Of a stretch of DNA of 64,000 bases, positions 46,286 through 55,970 are shown in pieces. The notes under the pieces were generated by a model that saw nothing but the letters and a program-made list of their open reading frames with translations, searched no databases and had not been told where the DNA came from. The translations under genes and the position numbers were made by a program. Numbering within the stretch: position 1 is the stretch's first letter; each line of letters begins with the position of its first letter. The DNA comes from Candidatus Wolframiiraptor sinensis (GTDB lineage: Archaea > Thermoproteota > Nitrososphaeria_A > Caldarchaeales > Wolframiiraptoraceae): NCBI GenBank assembly GCA_023261815.1, contig JALNKA010000002.1:140438-204437 (forward strand). The letters are read 5' to 3'.

Positions 46286-47074
46286 ATGGCGCGATGCTCG
46301 GTCTGCGGAAAGGAGATCCTGATGCCATTTAAGTGCAGCTACTGCGGCGACTACTTCTGCGCTGAGCACAGGCTTCCGGAAAAGCATTATTGCCCAGGAA
46401 TATTCGCCGCAGCCTCACCCTATGAGAAGGAGCGAAAGAGCCGGGTTGAGATAGAGGAGTGGATGCCGCCAAGACCGGTGAGCAGGCTCAGCCCATCCGC
46501 GCGGGACGAGATCATTCATCTCAGCATCGGGACGATGCTCGTTGTGCTAGTCGGCTTCTCCATAATAGGGTATAATTTCAGGATCCCGCCGATCTTTCTC
46601 GCGGCTTATGCAACAGGCTTCGCCGCATCATTCCTAATACATGAGCTGGCTCATAGGAGCTATGCGAGGTCTAAGGGGCTTTACGCGAAATTCAAGCTTG
46701 ACCCCATGGGAGCTATACTGACTCTCGTGACCTCCATACCATTTATACCGTTCAAGATAATTGCTCCCGGAGCTGTAGTGATATTCGGGTTGGCGCCGAT
46801 CGACGTGCTCGGCATGACGGCGCTCATCGGCCCGCTCTCGAACATAGCGCTCTCAGCGATCTTCGCGATCGCTGGGTTAGCGATACCAACTTTGGCCCGG
46901 ATATTCCTGCCGCTAAGCCTGCTAAATGCCTTCATCGCCCTATTCAACCTGATACCCCTCGGCGAGCTCGACGGCAGGAAGATTCTGGCATGGAGCCCAT
47001 CAAAGTGGGCAATATCCTTCGCCCTAAGCATAATCCTGCTAATCACTACCGGGTTCATGTTCTACTACTTCTAA
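46286..47074 (+). CDS. AN1-type zinc finger fused to a site-2-protease-like (M50) membrane metalloprotease
   Basis: AN1 finger CSVCGKEILMPFKCSYCGDYFCAEHRLPEKHYC. A multi-TM domain with HELAHR (HExxH) and NLIPLGELDGRKIL (S2P LDG motif). Confidence 0.7.
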   Translation: MARCSVCGKEILMPFKCSYCGDYFCAEHRLPEKHYCPGIFAAASPYEKERKSRVEIEEWMPPRPVSRLSPSARDEIIHLSIGTMLVVLVGFSIIGYNFRIPPIFLAAYATGFAASFLIHELAHRSYARSKGLYAKFKLDPMGAILTLVTSIPFIPFKIIAPGAVVIFGLAPIDVLGMTALIGPLSNIALSAIFAIAGLAIPTLARIFLPLSLLNAFIALFNLIPLGELDGRKILAWSPSKWAISFALSIILLITTGFMFYYF

Positions 47075-47106
47075 TAACATCATGCTCGCGATTTCGAGGG
47101 CGGAGT

Positions 47107-47218
47107 GTTCTGGGGGTGGTGGGGCCGCCGGGATTTGAACCCGGGACCTCCAGCGCTCTGGAGGTCTTATTCTCTGCTTCCCCAGGCTGGTGTCCTAGCC
47201 AAGCTAGACCACGGCCCC
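47107..47218 (-). tRNA. intron-containing tRNA, anticodon probably GGG (Pro)
   Basis: On the minus strand: GGGGCCG-UG-GUCU-AGCUUGGCU-AGGAC-A-CCAGC-[CUGGGG+24-nt intron+C]-GCUGG-AGGUC-CCGGG-UUCAAAU-CCCGG-CGGCCCC-A-CCA. U33 is present in the anticodon loop. CCA is encoded. Confidence 0.75.
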
Positions 47219-47541
47219 ACCATCATCACCTGCTCCTATGGGTTCTAATTACTCTTTTCCCCTCTTCTTCACGCTGGGAGAGCCCTGCGACTAGCATGCG
47301 GCGAGGCTCGAGACAGGAGAATAGGTATGAGATCAAGAAGGGGGTGATCGAGCTCGTCAAAATTTTGGAAGCTAAGGGGCTCGTTAATATTACCAGCATG
47401 GAAGTTAAGCTCATGCCGCGATCAATGATCGCATCATTCTGTCGAATCTATTCCTCAATCTTTTCAGAGTTTTTCTTTCTCAGAACGGACGTCAAAATAT
47501 CCGTGGTTGGACAGTAAATATTTGGGCGCTTTTTCATCGCT

Positions 47542-48045
47542 CTAGTAGGCGGTGACGCTTTTTATCTTGGGTATTTTGAGGAGCTCGTTTAACCCCTCTC
47601 CGGAGAGGGGCTTCTCGAGGACAAGTATGAGCTTCGGCTCCGGGAAGAGCTCCGGGTCCTCGGCCACCGCCTGCCTTATACTGATGTTCTCCCTGGCTAT
47701 TATCTCGGTCGCCTTCGCTATTATGCCAGCGGCTGTGGGATCTGCTCTTATCTCGACGACATAGAATCCAAGCTCCTTGGCTACGGGCGCTATGAAAGCT
47801 CCAGCCGGCCTAATTCCCGTGAAGATCTTTCTCAGAGTCTCGTCCTCGAGTATCTGCTGAACCGTCTTCCTGACTATGCGCCTATCGACGCCGGTAGCCT
47901 TGGCGAGCGAGCTATCAGGAATCTCAACGGGACCCACAACGACTCTGCCCTGCTCATTAATTCCGATTCCGTTTTCTATCATGAGCCTTACAACCCTTAA
48001 TCGCGCGGGAAACTCCTGGAAGCGCGCGGCTATCTTACGCCACAC
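47542..48045 (-). CDS. ACT-domain-type putative regulator (COG2150-like)
   Basis: 167 aa. The N-terminus MWRKIAARFQEFPARLRVVRLMIENGIGI plus a C-terminal small-ligand-binding-like fold. Low-certainty assignment. Confidence 0.4.
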   Translation of the reverse strand: MWRKIAARFQEFPARLRVVRLMIENGIGINEQGRVVVGPVEIPDSSLAKATGVDRRIVRKTVQQILEDETLRKIFTGIRPAGAFIAPVAKELGFYVVEIRADPTAAGIIAKATEIIARENISIRQAVAEDPELFPEPKLILVLEKPLSGEGLNELLKIPKIKSVTAY

Positions 48046-48103
48046 ATCGAGAAATATACTGGATTGGATTTATGTGTTGCGCTAGCTTAGATCACGAAAT
48101 TTC

Positions 48104-49233
48104 CTATGGTCGTCCGCGGACCCCGCGCATAACATAAGATGTTATGGCGATGAGGAGGGCTAATGGAGCGAAGATCAGCTGAGCATATGATGAGCCGAAT
48201 AGCTCGAATAGCATGCCGGTGACTACTGTCGATGTGAATGACCCCAGTGTCGCGAAAGTATATACTATCCCCGATAATGCCCGCCGATCTCCGGATGCAT
48301 CGAGATGGCCCAGGCAATTGTTGTCGAATATGCTGGGGCTAGAAGAAGACCTGAGGAAGACCATAGACCGATTTTTGCGTAAATTGGAATTGGAAGTGAT
48401 ACCAAAAGCATTAAAAAGCATGAGCATCCTCTGGCGATCACTAAGACCCTCCAGTACCCGATTCTATCTATGAAGGGCGCCTAGAGAAGCCTTCCCATGA
48501 CGCTTAATACCCAAAATAATCCCACAGCTAGGCCAGCCTCCATAAGCGATGCTCCTTGATCGCTTAAGATTGATGGAAGCCATGCTGTTATGCTAAGCTG
48601 GTTCGCAACTATGAGGAACGGGATAATCATTAGTGGAAGTGCACCTAAGACCTGGCCCGGCTTCGCATACATCTTCTCGCGAATCATATTCGAATGATCT
48701 TTGGCCTTAGCCAACTTCGCCGCCGTGATCCAGCTTATCAGGGATGAGGCTAGGAGGAGGGGGAACATCATAAGATATCCTACTCTCCAACTTCCATAGG
48801 CTAAGGTGGCGTAGGCGGCTATGATCGGGGCCCAAAGACGATCCAATATTCCAGCCGATGTGGAGTAGATTTATCACCATTCCGCGCTTCTCGTCGAAAG
48901 CGTCCGAAATGAATGCATTTACCGAGCTCTCGAAGAACCCTATGCCCGCTCCGAGGATGAAGAATTATGCTCCGAGAATTAGCGCGTTGGGCGAGCTCGA
49001 GAGGAGCAGGGCGCCCAGCCCCATCACGAGAAGGGAAAGGGATACCAGCCTTATCTTGCCGAACAGATCCGATAAACTCCTCCGAGTATTGCAAGGGCCC
49101 CCGCCAAAGATTGGAGGCTCACTACGACGCCGATGATGGATTCGCTCAGCACCAGCTCATTCCTGATCCCGAGTAGGGCAGACCCAACCTCCGTCGCCGT
49201 TATCGCATATAATATATACGAGGAGAAGCACAA
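48104..49233 (-). pseudogene. MFS-type transporter gene disrupted by frameshifts
   Basis: Three co-linear minus-strand fragments in different frames (49233-49051, 48846-48481, 48427-48104). Each encodes TM-helix stretches typical of MFS transporters. No single ORF spans the roughly 1.15-kb locus. Confidence 0.45.
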
Positions 49234-49271
49234 TAGTCATAGAAACTTTCTCGACATCATTCGCATGACTT

Positions 49272-50027
49272 CTAATGCCGTCGTCTTCGATTTAAAGCAT
49301 TATCACTTTTATTTCTACTCGTGGTGGCCAGCTCCTTCAGGATCGAGATCTCGTTGATCTTCCTTCCATTGAGTAGCTCCCAGATTATTCCCGTGGGCCT
49401 CTCTTTTCTCGTGGAAACTCTGATGAGTTTTGTTGGCGTGGCGATGATATCCAGCGTCAGGTCATATGGGTCTCTTGGGAGCCTATTCACGAGCTGGAGG
49501 TCATGAATGTTCGTTGCTATCATTATGTCTCGATCTATTTTGCCATATTCGAGCAGGATCGCGTATTCGAGCTCGCTGTATCCTCCTCCCTTCCCGAGCC
49601 TGAGGCCGTCCCTTGTCGCCGCGACCGATCCCGTGACGATAAAATTTATCCTTGGTAGATCTCTTGGATGGGTTCTTCTGCCGAGGATGAGGGCTCCTCT
49701 TATCGTCGAGGCCTGCTCGAGCATCTCTTGAGGTATTCTCGATGGATCTAGGATTAGGAATCCCTCTTTAAGCCTCGGGGTCGGCATGACCAAGATCTTG
49801 CCATCTAGGAGACACCTGTATCTCACGTGCTTCTGAGGCGAGTCGGGGCTCACCTTGACGACGCTTGCGGCGCGATACTCCTCGAGCCCGAGTATTCTCT
49901 CGGCTGCGCGCTCCGCTCCGGCGAAGTTCGGTATCCTCCCATAGATCGGCTTCGGGAATCTCGCGACACCCCTACTCTCGAGAAGCCTCCAGATCTCCTC
50001 CCTTATCATCTGCTTCTCATCGCTCAT
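49272..50027 (-). CDS. 5-formyltetrahydrofolate cyclo-ligase family protein (MTHFS-like)
   Basis: 251 aa, with 5-FCL-like pattern IREEIWRLLE...RIPNFAGAERAAERIL...GGGYSELEY. Confidence 0.6.
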   Translation of the reverse strand: MSDEKQMIREEIWRLLESRGVARFPKPIYGRIPNFAGAERAAERILGLEEYRAASVVKVSPDSPQKHVRYRCLLDGKILVMPTPRLKEGFLILDPSRIPQEMLEQASTIRGALILGRRTHPRDLPRINFIVTGSVAATRDGLRLGKGGGYSELEYAILLEYGKIDRDIMIATNIHDLQLVNRLPRDPYDLTLDIIATPTKLIRVSTRKERPTGIIWELLNGRKINEISILKELATTSRNKSDNALNRRRRH

Positions 50028-50039
50028 TTCACAGGCGAA

Positions 50040-50798
50040 TCACCTTTCCAGCAAGTTTAAGCTTTTCATGAGGTGATGGAAGCACTCATCGCTAAGCCGC
50101 ATCTTGTAATCCCTCACTACGTCGAGCGGCGGCTCCTCGACTCCGAGCATCCTCTTGATCTTCCGCGAGAACGGGCCGTAGAGGAAGTAGTTGAAGAGGG
50201 AGGTCACGTTCGAGGGTCTCCTCATGGTGCTCGCCTTCCCGAAGTCTATTATGACGGGCTTGAGCTCCCGCCTCACGATCACGTGCCTCCTGACATCGCT
50301 CAGCTCCCCGTGATCCAAACCTATTTCATCCAGCCTTCTCGCATCCTCAAAGCAAGCTCTCATAACCACTCGGAGATCATCCGGACGATCATTTTCGAGG
50401 CTACTCAGCCACTTCTCCAGCGATTCTCCCTCGATGAGCTCCAGAGCTAATACCATGTCTGTGAATCCTAGGAGCATTGGCCCGACGCTGATGCTGTTAG
50501 CCATGGACGTGGCCTCGGCCTCCCGCCTCAAGCTCTGCATCGTCGAATCCGTTCTCAGAATCTTCAGCGCGACATCTCTTCCCCCGATCCTCCCCCTCAA
50601 GACGAAGCCCCTATAGCCCTTGCCCAGTATGATGGGCTCAAGCCTCCCGCCTACATCCATGAAGGCGATGCTCTCGACCCTTAGCTTCCTCAAATCATCG
50701 AGAGCCCTCAATGCGTACTCGACGCTGCGCTTTGGAAATGATAGGTGGATGAGGAGATACTCTCTCCTGCCTATCTCCTCGAGATCTACGTGGATCAT
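50040..50798 (-). CDS. atypical Ser/Thr protein kinase (Bud32/RIO-like)
   Basis: Gly-rich loop LGKGYRGFV, VALK lysine, catalytic HGELSDVRRHVIV and IIDFGKA (DFG). 252 aa. Overlaps cca by 4 bp. Confidence 0.65.
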   Translation of the reverse strand: MIHVDLEEIGRREYLLIHLSFPKRSVEYALRALDDLRKLRVESIAFMDVGGRLEPIILGKGYRGFVLRGRIGGRDVALKILRTDSTMQSLRREAEATSMANSISVGPMLLGFTDMVLALELIEGESLEKWLSSLENDRPDDLRVVMRACFEDARRLDEIGLDHGELSDVRRHVIVRRELKPVIIDFGKASTMRRPSNVTSLFNYFLYGPFSRKIKRMLGVEEPPLDVVRDYKMRLSDECFHHLMKSLNLLER

Positions 50799-52192
50799 TT
50801 CCTGAGGAACGGCGGCCTCGCCGCTAGGAACTCCGCGAGAAACCTCCTCAGATCATCATTTCTCGAGGCCAGCTTTAGCAGGCTTCTCGCATCAGCGCTT
50901 ATCCTCGATCTCTTGATCGGCTCGACAAGCCCCTTAGAAATGGAGACTTGGCCGCTCCTGACTCTCTCCCTCAGCAGCCTGTGAGCTGCGGTTTCCTCGC
51001 GCCTCCTCAAGACATATAGCCTATCGCCCTCGATCCATGGGCCCACCGCAGCCCTAGACCACTTCTCAAGAAACTCGTCCGCGCTCCTGAGGTATACTGG
51101 AGGCCCCTTGTGGAGATGATGTCGCGGCAGCTCCACCCCATCGAGCTCGAAGATCATCAAGCATTCTCTTCGCTCATCTGTCCATGAGCCACTTCGATAG
51201 ACTGTGAAGCCGAGGCTCTCGAGGCTTCTTCTAATTCCTTGCTCGCTCCGCTTAAGCTCTCCCCAGAGCACATCCCTCGGTCTCGGGCTATCAAGCTTGA
51301 AGCTGACGTAGAGGATGCTCCTATCTCTGATGAGACCTTTCAGCTCCTTGATTCTCGGAGCCGGATCGATCGGCTTGAAGAACCTGATTGACGGCTTCTT
51401 GAGGAAGATCCTGGATGCCAATATAAGCTCTGAGAGCCTCGTCAGGGAGACCGCCGCCGCAGCATTCCTGGACCTGTCAACCGGGTCCACAACTATGAGG
51501 GGGCTATCTGGGAAGGCCTCCAAAGCCCTCTCCTCAGACTCGTAGTATCTCTCTAGGTCTATCACGATGGGTGGCTTCCAGCATGATATCTCCCTGACCG
51601 CCGAGAGGAAGTCTCCATAGTATAGTATTAGGAGCTCCGTGAGGTATCCGCTGAAGCCCTCGATCTTTATCTCTGCTCCATAGACCCCACATGCCTTCAT
51701 GAAGCCCTTAAGAAGCCTGACCTCATCCTCTTGGTCCGGCTTAAGCTTGCTGAGCACGTATCTCGTGTGATATGGCGTTCGATCCGTTGCGCTCATCCAG
51801 TTCGGCGGCTCAACCCTATAGCATGCGACGACATCAACGGTAACCCCATTCACGATGCCCTCGACATATGGATGGTCGGCGTACATTATCATGGGCTCTC
51901 CGCCGAGACTCTCGACTATCCTGGATCCGAGGTCCACGATGATCTTCTCGAGTTCTTCCCTCGAGATCCCGGGATCAAAGTGTATGAATATATCTGCTTC
52001 AGCTCTCCCCCTGATCCAAGTGTTCTTCGCGGCGGATCCCTCGAGGCTCACGTCAAGCGCTCCCGCAACGCCTGAGATCTCCCTCCTCGCCGCCGAGAGC
52101 GCCTTCTCAACGATCCTCCTCAGCGCGCGCTCCTCCAGCCTCGTCGGCCTAACGATCCTCCTAGCCCTCTCAACAACATCCTCCATGCTCAT
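50795..52192 (-). CDS. cca: CCA-adding enzyme (class I tRNA nucleotidyltransferase)
   Basis: Pol-beta-like NTase core with GSAAKNTWIRGRAEADIFIHF. Archaeal class I head/neck/body architecture. 465 aa. Confidence 0.85.
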   Translation of the reverse strand: MSMEDVVERARRIVRPTRLEERALRRIVEKALSAARREISGVAGALDVSLEGSAAKNTWIRGRAEADIFIHFDPGISREELEKIIVDLGSRIVESLGGEPMIMYADHPYVEGIVNGVTVDVVACYRVEPPNWMSATDRTPYHTRYVLSKLKPDQEDEVRLLKGFMKACGVYGAEIKIEGFSGYLTELLILYYGDFLSAVREISCWKPPIVIDLERYYESEERALEAFPDSPLIVVDPVDRSRNAAAAVSLTRLSELILASRIFLKKPSIRFFKPIDPAPRIKELKGLIRDRSILYVSFKLDSPRPRDVLWGELKRSEQGIRRSLESLGFTVYRSGSWTDERRECLMIFELDGVELPRHHLHKGPPVYLRSADEFLEKWSRAAVGPWIEGDRLYVLRRREETAAHRLLRERVRSGQVSISKGLVEPIKRSRISADARSLLKLASRNDDLRRFLAEFLAARPPFLRK

Positions 52193-52764
52193 TACTTCTC
52201 CTCCGCCTTAACCACGAGGAGATCTGTGTATATCGGCCCCCTCGAAGTCAATGTGCTCTTCTTGACCTTGAAGGAGTCTATTAGCTGCTCTCCGAAATGG
52301 AGGTCCTTGAGCTCCTCGAGCCTCCGCATCGCCAGCTGCTTATCCCGAATGAACTTGACCCTCCCTATCGTGAGATGAGGTGTGAAGCCCCGCTCATCGT
52401 ACTTGAACCCGAGCCTGCTCAGCCTCTCGATCAGCTGATCCAAGATGCGCTTCAGCCCATTCTCCGGGTCCTCTATGCCGAGCCATATCACGTTTATCCT
52501 GCCTCCTCCCGGGAAGTATCCGACGCCGCGGACGCCGAGCTTGAACTGCTTGAACCTCACCTTCCCAGCATTCTCGAGTATCAGGTTCAGCCTGCCGGGA
52601 TCTATCTCGCCGAAGAACCAGAGGGTTATGTGGAGGTTGTAGGGCTCGACGGGCTTCATCCCCACGCCAATCCTCATCAGCTCCTCCTGTATCTCCTGGG
52701 CCCTGGATACTATCTGGGGGTTGTCGAAGTCCACGGCGATGAATGTTCTTATCAGCTCGACCAT
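52192..52764 (-). CDS. thpR: 2H phosphoesterase / RNA 2-prime,3-prime-cyclic phosphodiesterase (LigT/ThpR family)
   Basis: Two HxT/S motifs (HITLWFFGE and HLTIGRV). 190 aa. Confidence 0.8.
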   Translation of the reverse strand: MVELIRTFIAVDFDNPQIVSRAQEIQEELMRIGVGMKPVEPYNLHITLWFFGEIDPGRLNLILENAGKVRFKQFKLGVRGVGYFPGGGRINVIWLGIEDPENGLKRILDQLIERLSRLGFKYDERGFTPHLTIGRVKFIRDKQLAMRRLEELKDLHFGEQLIDSFKVKKSTLTSRGPIYTDLLVVKAEEK

Positions 52765-52801
52765 GACACCAATTCACGCGAGATAATGAACTGGCTCATG
52801 A

Positions 52802-53479
52802 TTAATCTTGCGCCGCGCCCTCGGCGAGCTTCTCGAGAAGCATCTTCGCGATTCTATCCGCGACCGCATCCGCCTCTCCTTGAGGATTCATTATCCAGGC
52901 CACCTCATTGGGTCTCATCTCCTTGAAGACCATATAGAACTCCTTGACGTGCTGCTGCATGAGCTGATCCCGCTCCAGCGCGCTCTCTAGCCCTCCCTGC
53001 CCAACCTTCATCTTAAGCCTCTTGATTCTATCCTCCTCAGGCGCGTCAATCACCAAGTATATGTCGGGCTTCACGAAAACCCCCTCGCCGAGCTTCTCGA
53101 CGAGCTCTACGAATATTTTGAAATCCTGCTTTGAGACCCTAACGCCTCTCAGCCTCGATAACGCGAATCCATAGGCTATCGAGCAGAGATAGTATCTGTC
53201 TATGAAGAGGAGGTCGGGCGCCTCCTCCTCGATGATGCGCTTTAGGATCTTTGAGTCATCGCTCGTGTTCGCGAGGAAGAGGAGCATCCGCGTCAGGTGA
53301 TCCACGTCCGGGTCGTTTCCATATGTTTTGGCGAACTCGCCGGTCTTGGAGCTGCTGGGAGTCTTGTGCGTAGAGACCTTATAGCCCCTGGACTCAAGGA
53401 TCGATCTAACCTTAGCTATGAGCGTCGTCTTGCCGACCGCGTCAAGGCCTTCCCAAACAATTATCAGGGGCTTGGGCAA
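52802..53479 (-). CDS. tmk: thymidylate kinase
   Basis: P-loop WEGLDAVGKTT and the DRY motif IDRYYLCSIAYG. Confidence 0.8.
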   Translation of the reverse strand: MPKPLIIVWEGLDAVGKTTLIAKVRSILESRGYKVSTHKTPSSSKTGEFAKTYGNDPDVDHLTRMLLFLANTSDDSKILKRIIEEEAPDLLFIDRYYLCSIAYGFALSRLRGVRVSKQDFKIFVELVEKLGEGVFVKPDIYLVIDAPEEDRIKRLKMKVGQGGLESALERDQLMQQHVKEFYMVFKEMRPNEVAWIMNPQGEADAVADRIAKMLLEKLAEGAAQD

Positions 53480-53522
53480 GCTCCCGAAAAAGATTGGGAA
53501 GAGGTTTGAGAAAAATCATGCG

Positions 53523-54485
53523 CTAGAGGGTTATTCCGGATTCCTCGAGCTTCACCAGCCTCTCCCAGTTCTCCTCAACCACCTTTTTCAGCGCATCTAG
53601 GATATGGGCATTCTCTGGCCTGAAGAGGTGGCTGAACCTTCCCTGCTGCTTCAGGAACTCCTCGAGCGGCTTCGGCTCCTTCACCTTCACGTTTATCTTC
53701 ACTTTGCCATACTCCACCTCGTATACTGGGAAGTATCTGGTTTCGACGGCAAGTCTCGCGAGCCTAACCGTTTCTGATGGCGGATATCTCCATCCCGGAA
53801 CGCATGGTGCGAGGATGTGGATGACCTTCGGGCCCTCGATCTCCAAGGCCTTCCTAACCTTGTTCGCGAGATCTATTGGATGAGAGATGCTCGCCGTGGC
53901 GGCGTATGGGATCTTGTGGGCGACAGCTATCGCGATTAAGTCCTTCTTCCTCTCCTGCTTCCCGGGTATCACCTTGCCGGCCGGGCTGGTGGTGGTTGCA
54001 GCCCCGATGGGCGTCGCGCCAGACCGCTGGATCCCCGTATTCATGTATGCCTCATTATCATAGCATATGTAGAGCATGTTGTGGCCTCTCTCAAGAGCTC
54101 CGGAGAGGGCTTGAAGACCTATATCGAATGTCCCACCATCTCCCGCGAAGACTATGACGTCGTGCATCTTCTTTCCCCTCTTCCTATTCAGCACCTTAAT
54201 GGCCTCAACTATCCCAGAAGCAACCGCCGCCGCGTTCTCGAATGCCACATGAACGTATGGTATCTTCCAGGCCGTGTAGGGGTAGCATGAAGTGGAGACC
54301 TCGACGCAGCCGGTCGGGTTCACGACGACCGTTGGCCCTCTTATAGCCTTGAAGACCAGCCTTGCCGCTGTGCCAGCGCCGCATCCGGCGCAAAGCCTGT
54401 GGCCGGACGCGAACCACTCCTCCCTGGGCAGATCCTTCGGCGTCTTGTAGAAAATTACTTGGCTGCTCATGCCCTCACCCCCCAC
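53523..54485 (-). CDS. porB: 2-oxoacid:ferredoxin oxidoreductase beta subunit (TPP-binding)
   Basis: TPP motif GDGGTFDIGLQALS and Cys ligands CAGCGAG. 320 aa. Confidence 0.85.
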   Translation of the reverse strand: MGGEGMSSQVIFYKTPKDLPREEWFASGHRLCAGCGAGTAARLVFKAIRGPTVVVNPTGCVEVSTSCYPYTAWKIPYVHVAFENAAAVASGIVEAIKVLNRKRGKKMHDVIVFAGDGGTFDIGLQALSGALERGHNMLYICYDNEAYMNTGIQRSGATPIGAATTTSPAGKVIPGKQERKKDLIAIAVAHKIPYAATASISHPIDLANKVRKALEIEGPKVIHILAPCVPGWRYPPSETVRLARLAVETRYFPVYEVEYGKVKINVKVKEPKPLEEFLKQQGRFSHLFRPENAHILDALKKVVEENWERLVKLEESGITL

Positions 54486-55660
54486 CAGATGACGTGCTCG
54501 TCAAATCTGCCCCTCTTGGCGCCGTCAATCGCCATCCTCAAGACCGCCTCGGCCTCATCGAGCCTGAAGTCCCTGCCGCCCAGCCCGTACACCACGTTCA
54601 TCGCCGGGATTCTCAAACCATTCCTGTAAAGCATCGCGAGAACCTCCATGTAGAGCGGCCCACCGAGCCCCCCATAGGAGTAGGCTCTATCCATCACCAC
54701 GAGAGCTTTCGCGTTCTTTAGAAGCTCTATCAGCTGCTTCTCCGGGAATGGCCTGAACATCGTCAGCCCGATGACACCGACCTTGAGCCCGCTCTCCCTA
54801 AGCCTCCTCGCAGCTACTTTAAGCGTCCCATAAGTCGATCCCAAGACGAGGATGACCGCCTCGGCATCATCAGCCATATGCGAGTTGAAGTACCAGTACC
54901 TCCTGCCGCTTATCCTCGCGTACTCCTCGACCACCTGCGGGTAGACCCGCTCAGCCCTCTCCACCGCCTCCTTGAGCTGGTACTTGAACTCCATGTACGT
55001 GTCCGGAAGCGCCATGGTGCCAAAGGTCGCCGGTCTATCGAAGTCCACCGAGTATATTGTGTTCCTGGGCGGCAGGAACTTGGAAGCATCTTCATCGGAG
55101 ATAGGCGTCAGAGGCTCGACGCTGTGAGTTAGGATGAATGCATCGAGGTTAACGGAGGCCGGCAGCTGAACATCTGGGTGCTCCGAGAGCTTGAACGCTA
55201 TGAATGTCAGATCGTATGCTTCTTGGACGTTCGTCGCGAACAGGTGGATCCACCCAGAGTCCCTCTCAGGCATCACGTCGCCATGCTCACAATGTATGTT
55301 CAAGGGAGCGTTCAACGACCTGTTTGCTATAGCCATGACCATTGGAACTCTCATCGATGAAGCAGCGTAAACGATCTCGTGCATGAGGGCTAAGCCCTGG
55401 CTCGCGGTCGAGGTGAAAACTCTCGCGCCCGCGAGAGCCGCACCAACGCATATCGAGAGTGCCGAGTGCTCGCTCTCAGCCTGGATGAAGGCCGCATCCA
55501 GCTCCCCGTTCGCGACATACTCGCTCAGCCTCTCGACGATTATCGTCTGCGGCGTTATCGGGTATGCCGCGATCACGTCCACGTTCGACTGCTTGACAGC
55601 TAGCGCGACCGCCTCATCCCCCATTATCGCTATCCTCTCCTGAGCCTGCCTCGCCATCAC
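54467..55660 (-). CDS. porA: 2-oxoacid:ferredoxin oxidoreductase alpha subunit
   Basis: 397 aa, pyrimidine-binding and domain III pattern. Operonic with the beta, delta and gamma subunits. Confidence 0.85.
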   Translation of the reverse strand: MMARQAQERIAIMGDEAVALAVKQSNVDVIAAYPITPQTIIVERLSEYVANGELDAAFIQAESEHSALSICVGAALAGARVFTSTASQGLALMHEIVYAASSMRVPMVMAIANRSLNAPLNIHCEHGDVMPERDSGWIHLFATNVQEAYDLTFIAFKLSEHPDVQLPASVNLDAFILTHSVEPLTPISDEDASKFLPPRNTIYSVDFDRPATFGTMALPDTYMEFKYQLKEAVERAERVYPQVVEEYARISGRRYWYFNSHMADDAEAVILVLGSTYGTLKVAARRLRESGLKVGVIGLTMFRPFPEKQLIELLKNAKALVVMDRAYSYGGLGGPLYMEVLAMLYRNGLRIPAMNVVYGLGGRDFRLDEAEAVLRMAIDGAKRGRFDEHVIWWGVRA

Positions 55661-55661
55661 G

Positions 55662-55970
55662 CTACACCTCCTCCATGCTTATCGCCTTAACGGGGCACAC
55701 GGTCTCGCATACCCCGCACCCCTTACAATAATCGTAGTCTACTTGGACTGAGTCGTCCTCCAGCCTCTTGATGGCGGCATCGGGGCAGAAGGTCCAGCAG
55801 AGAAGGCACTTGATGCACTTCCCGTAATCTATTCTTGGCTGCCTCGTCCTCCAGGTCCCGGTCTTGTATTCGAGCGATGTCGCGGGAACCGGTATCATGG
55901 CCGCGATTGGCAGATCTTTGTAGGTGAACTCTCCCTTGACGACGGGCTCAACTATCCTCTTAGCCGACAA
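55662..55970 (-). CDS. porD: 2-oxoacid:ferredoxin oxidoreductase delta subunit (2x[4Fe-4S] ferredoxin)
   Basis: CIKCLLCWTFCP and CKGCGVCETVCP cluster motifs. Confidence 0.8.
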   Translation of the reverse strand: MSAKRIVEPVVKGEFTYKDLPIAAMIPVPATSLEYKTGTWRTRQPRIDYGKCIKCLLCWTFCPDAAIKRLEDDSVQVDYDYCKGCGVCETVCPVKAISMEEV

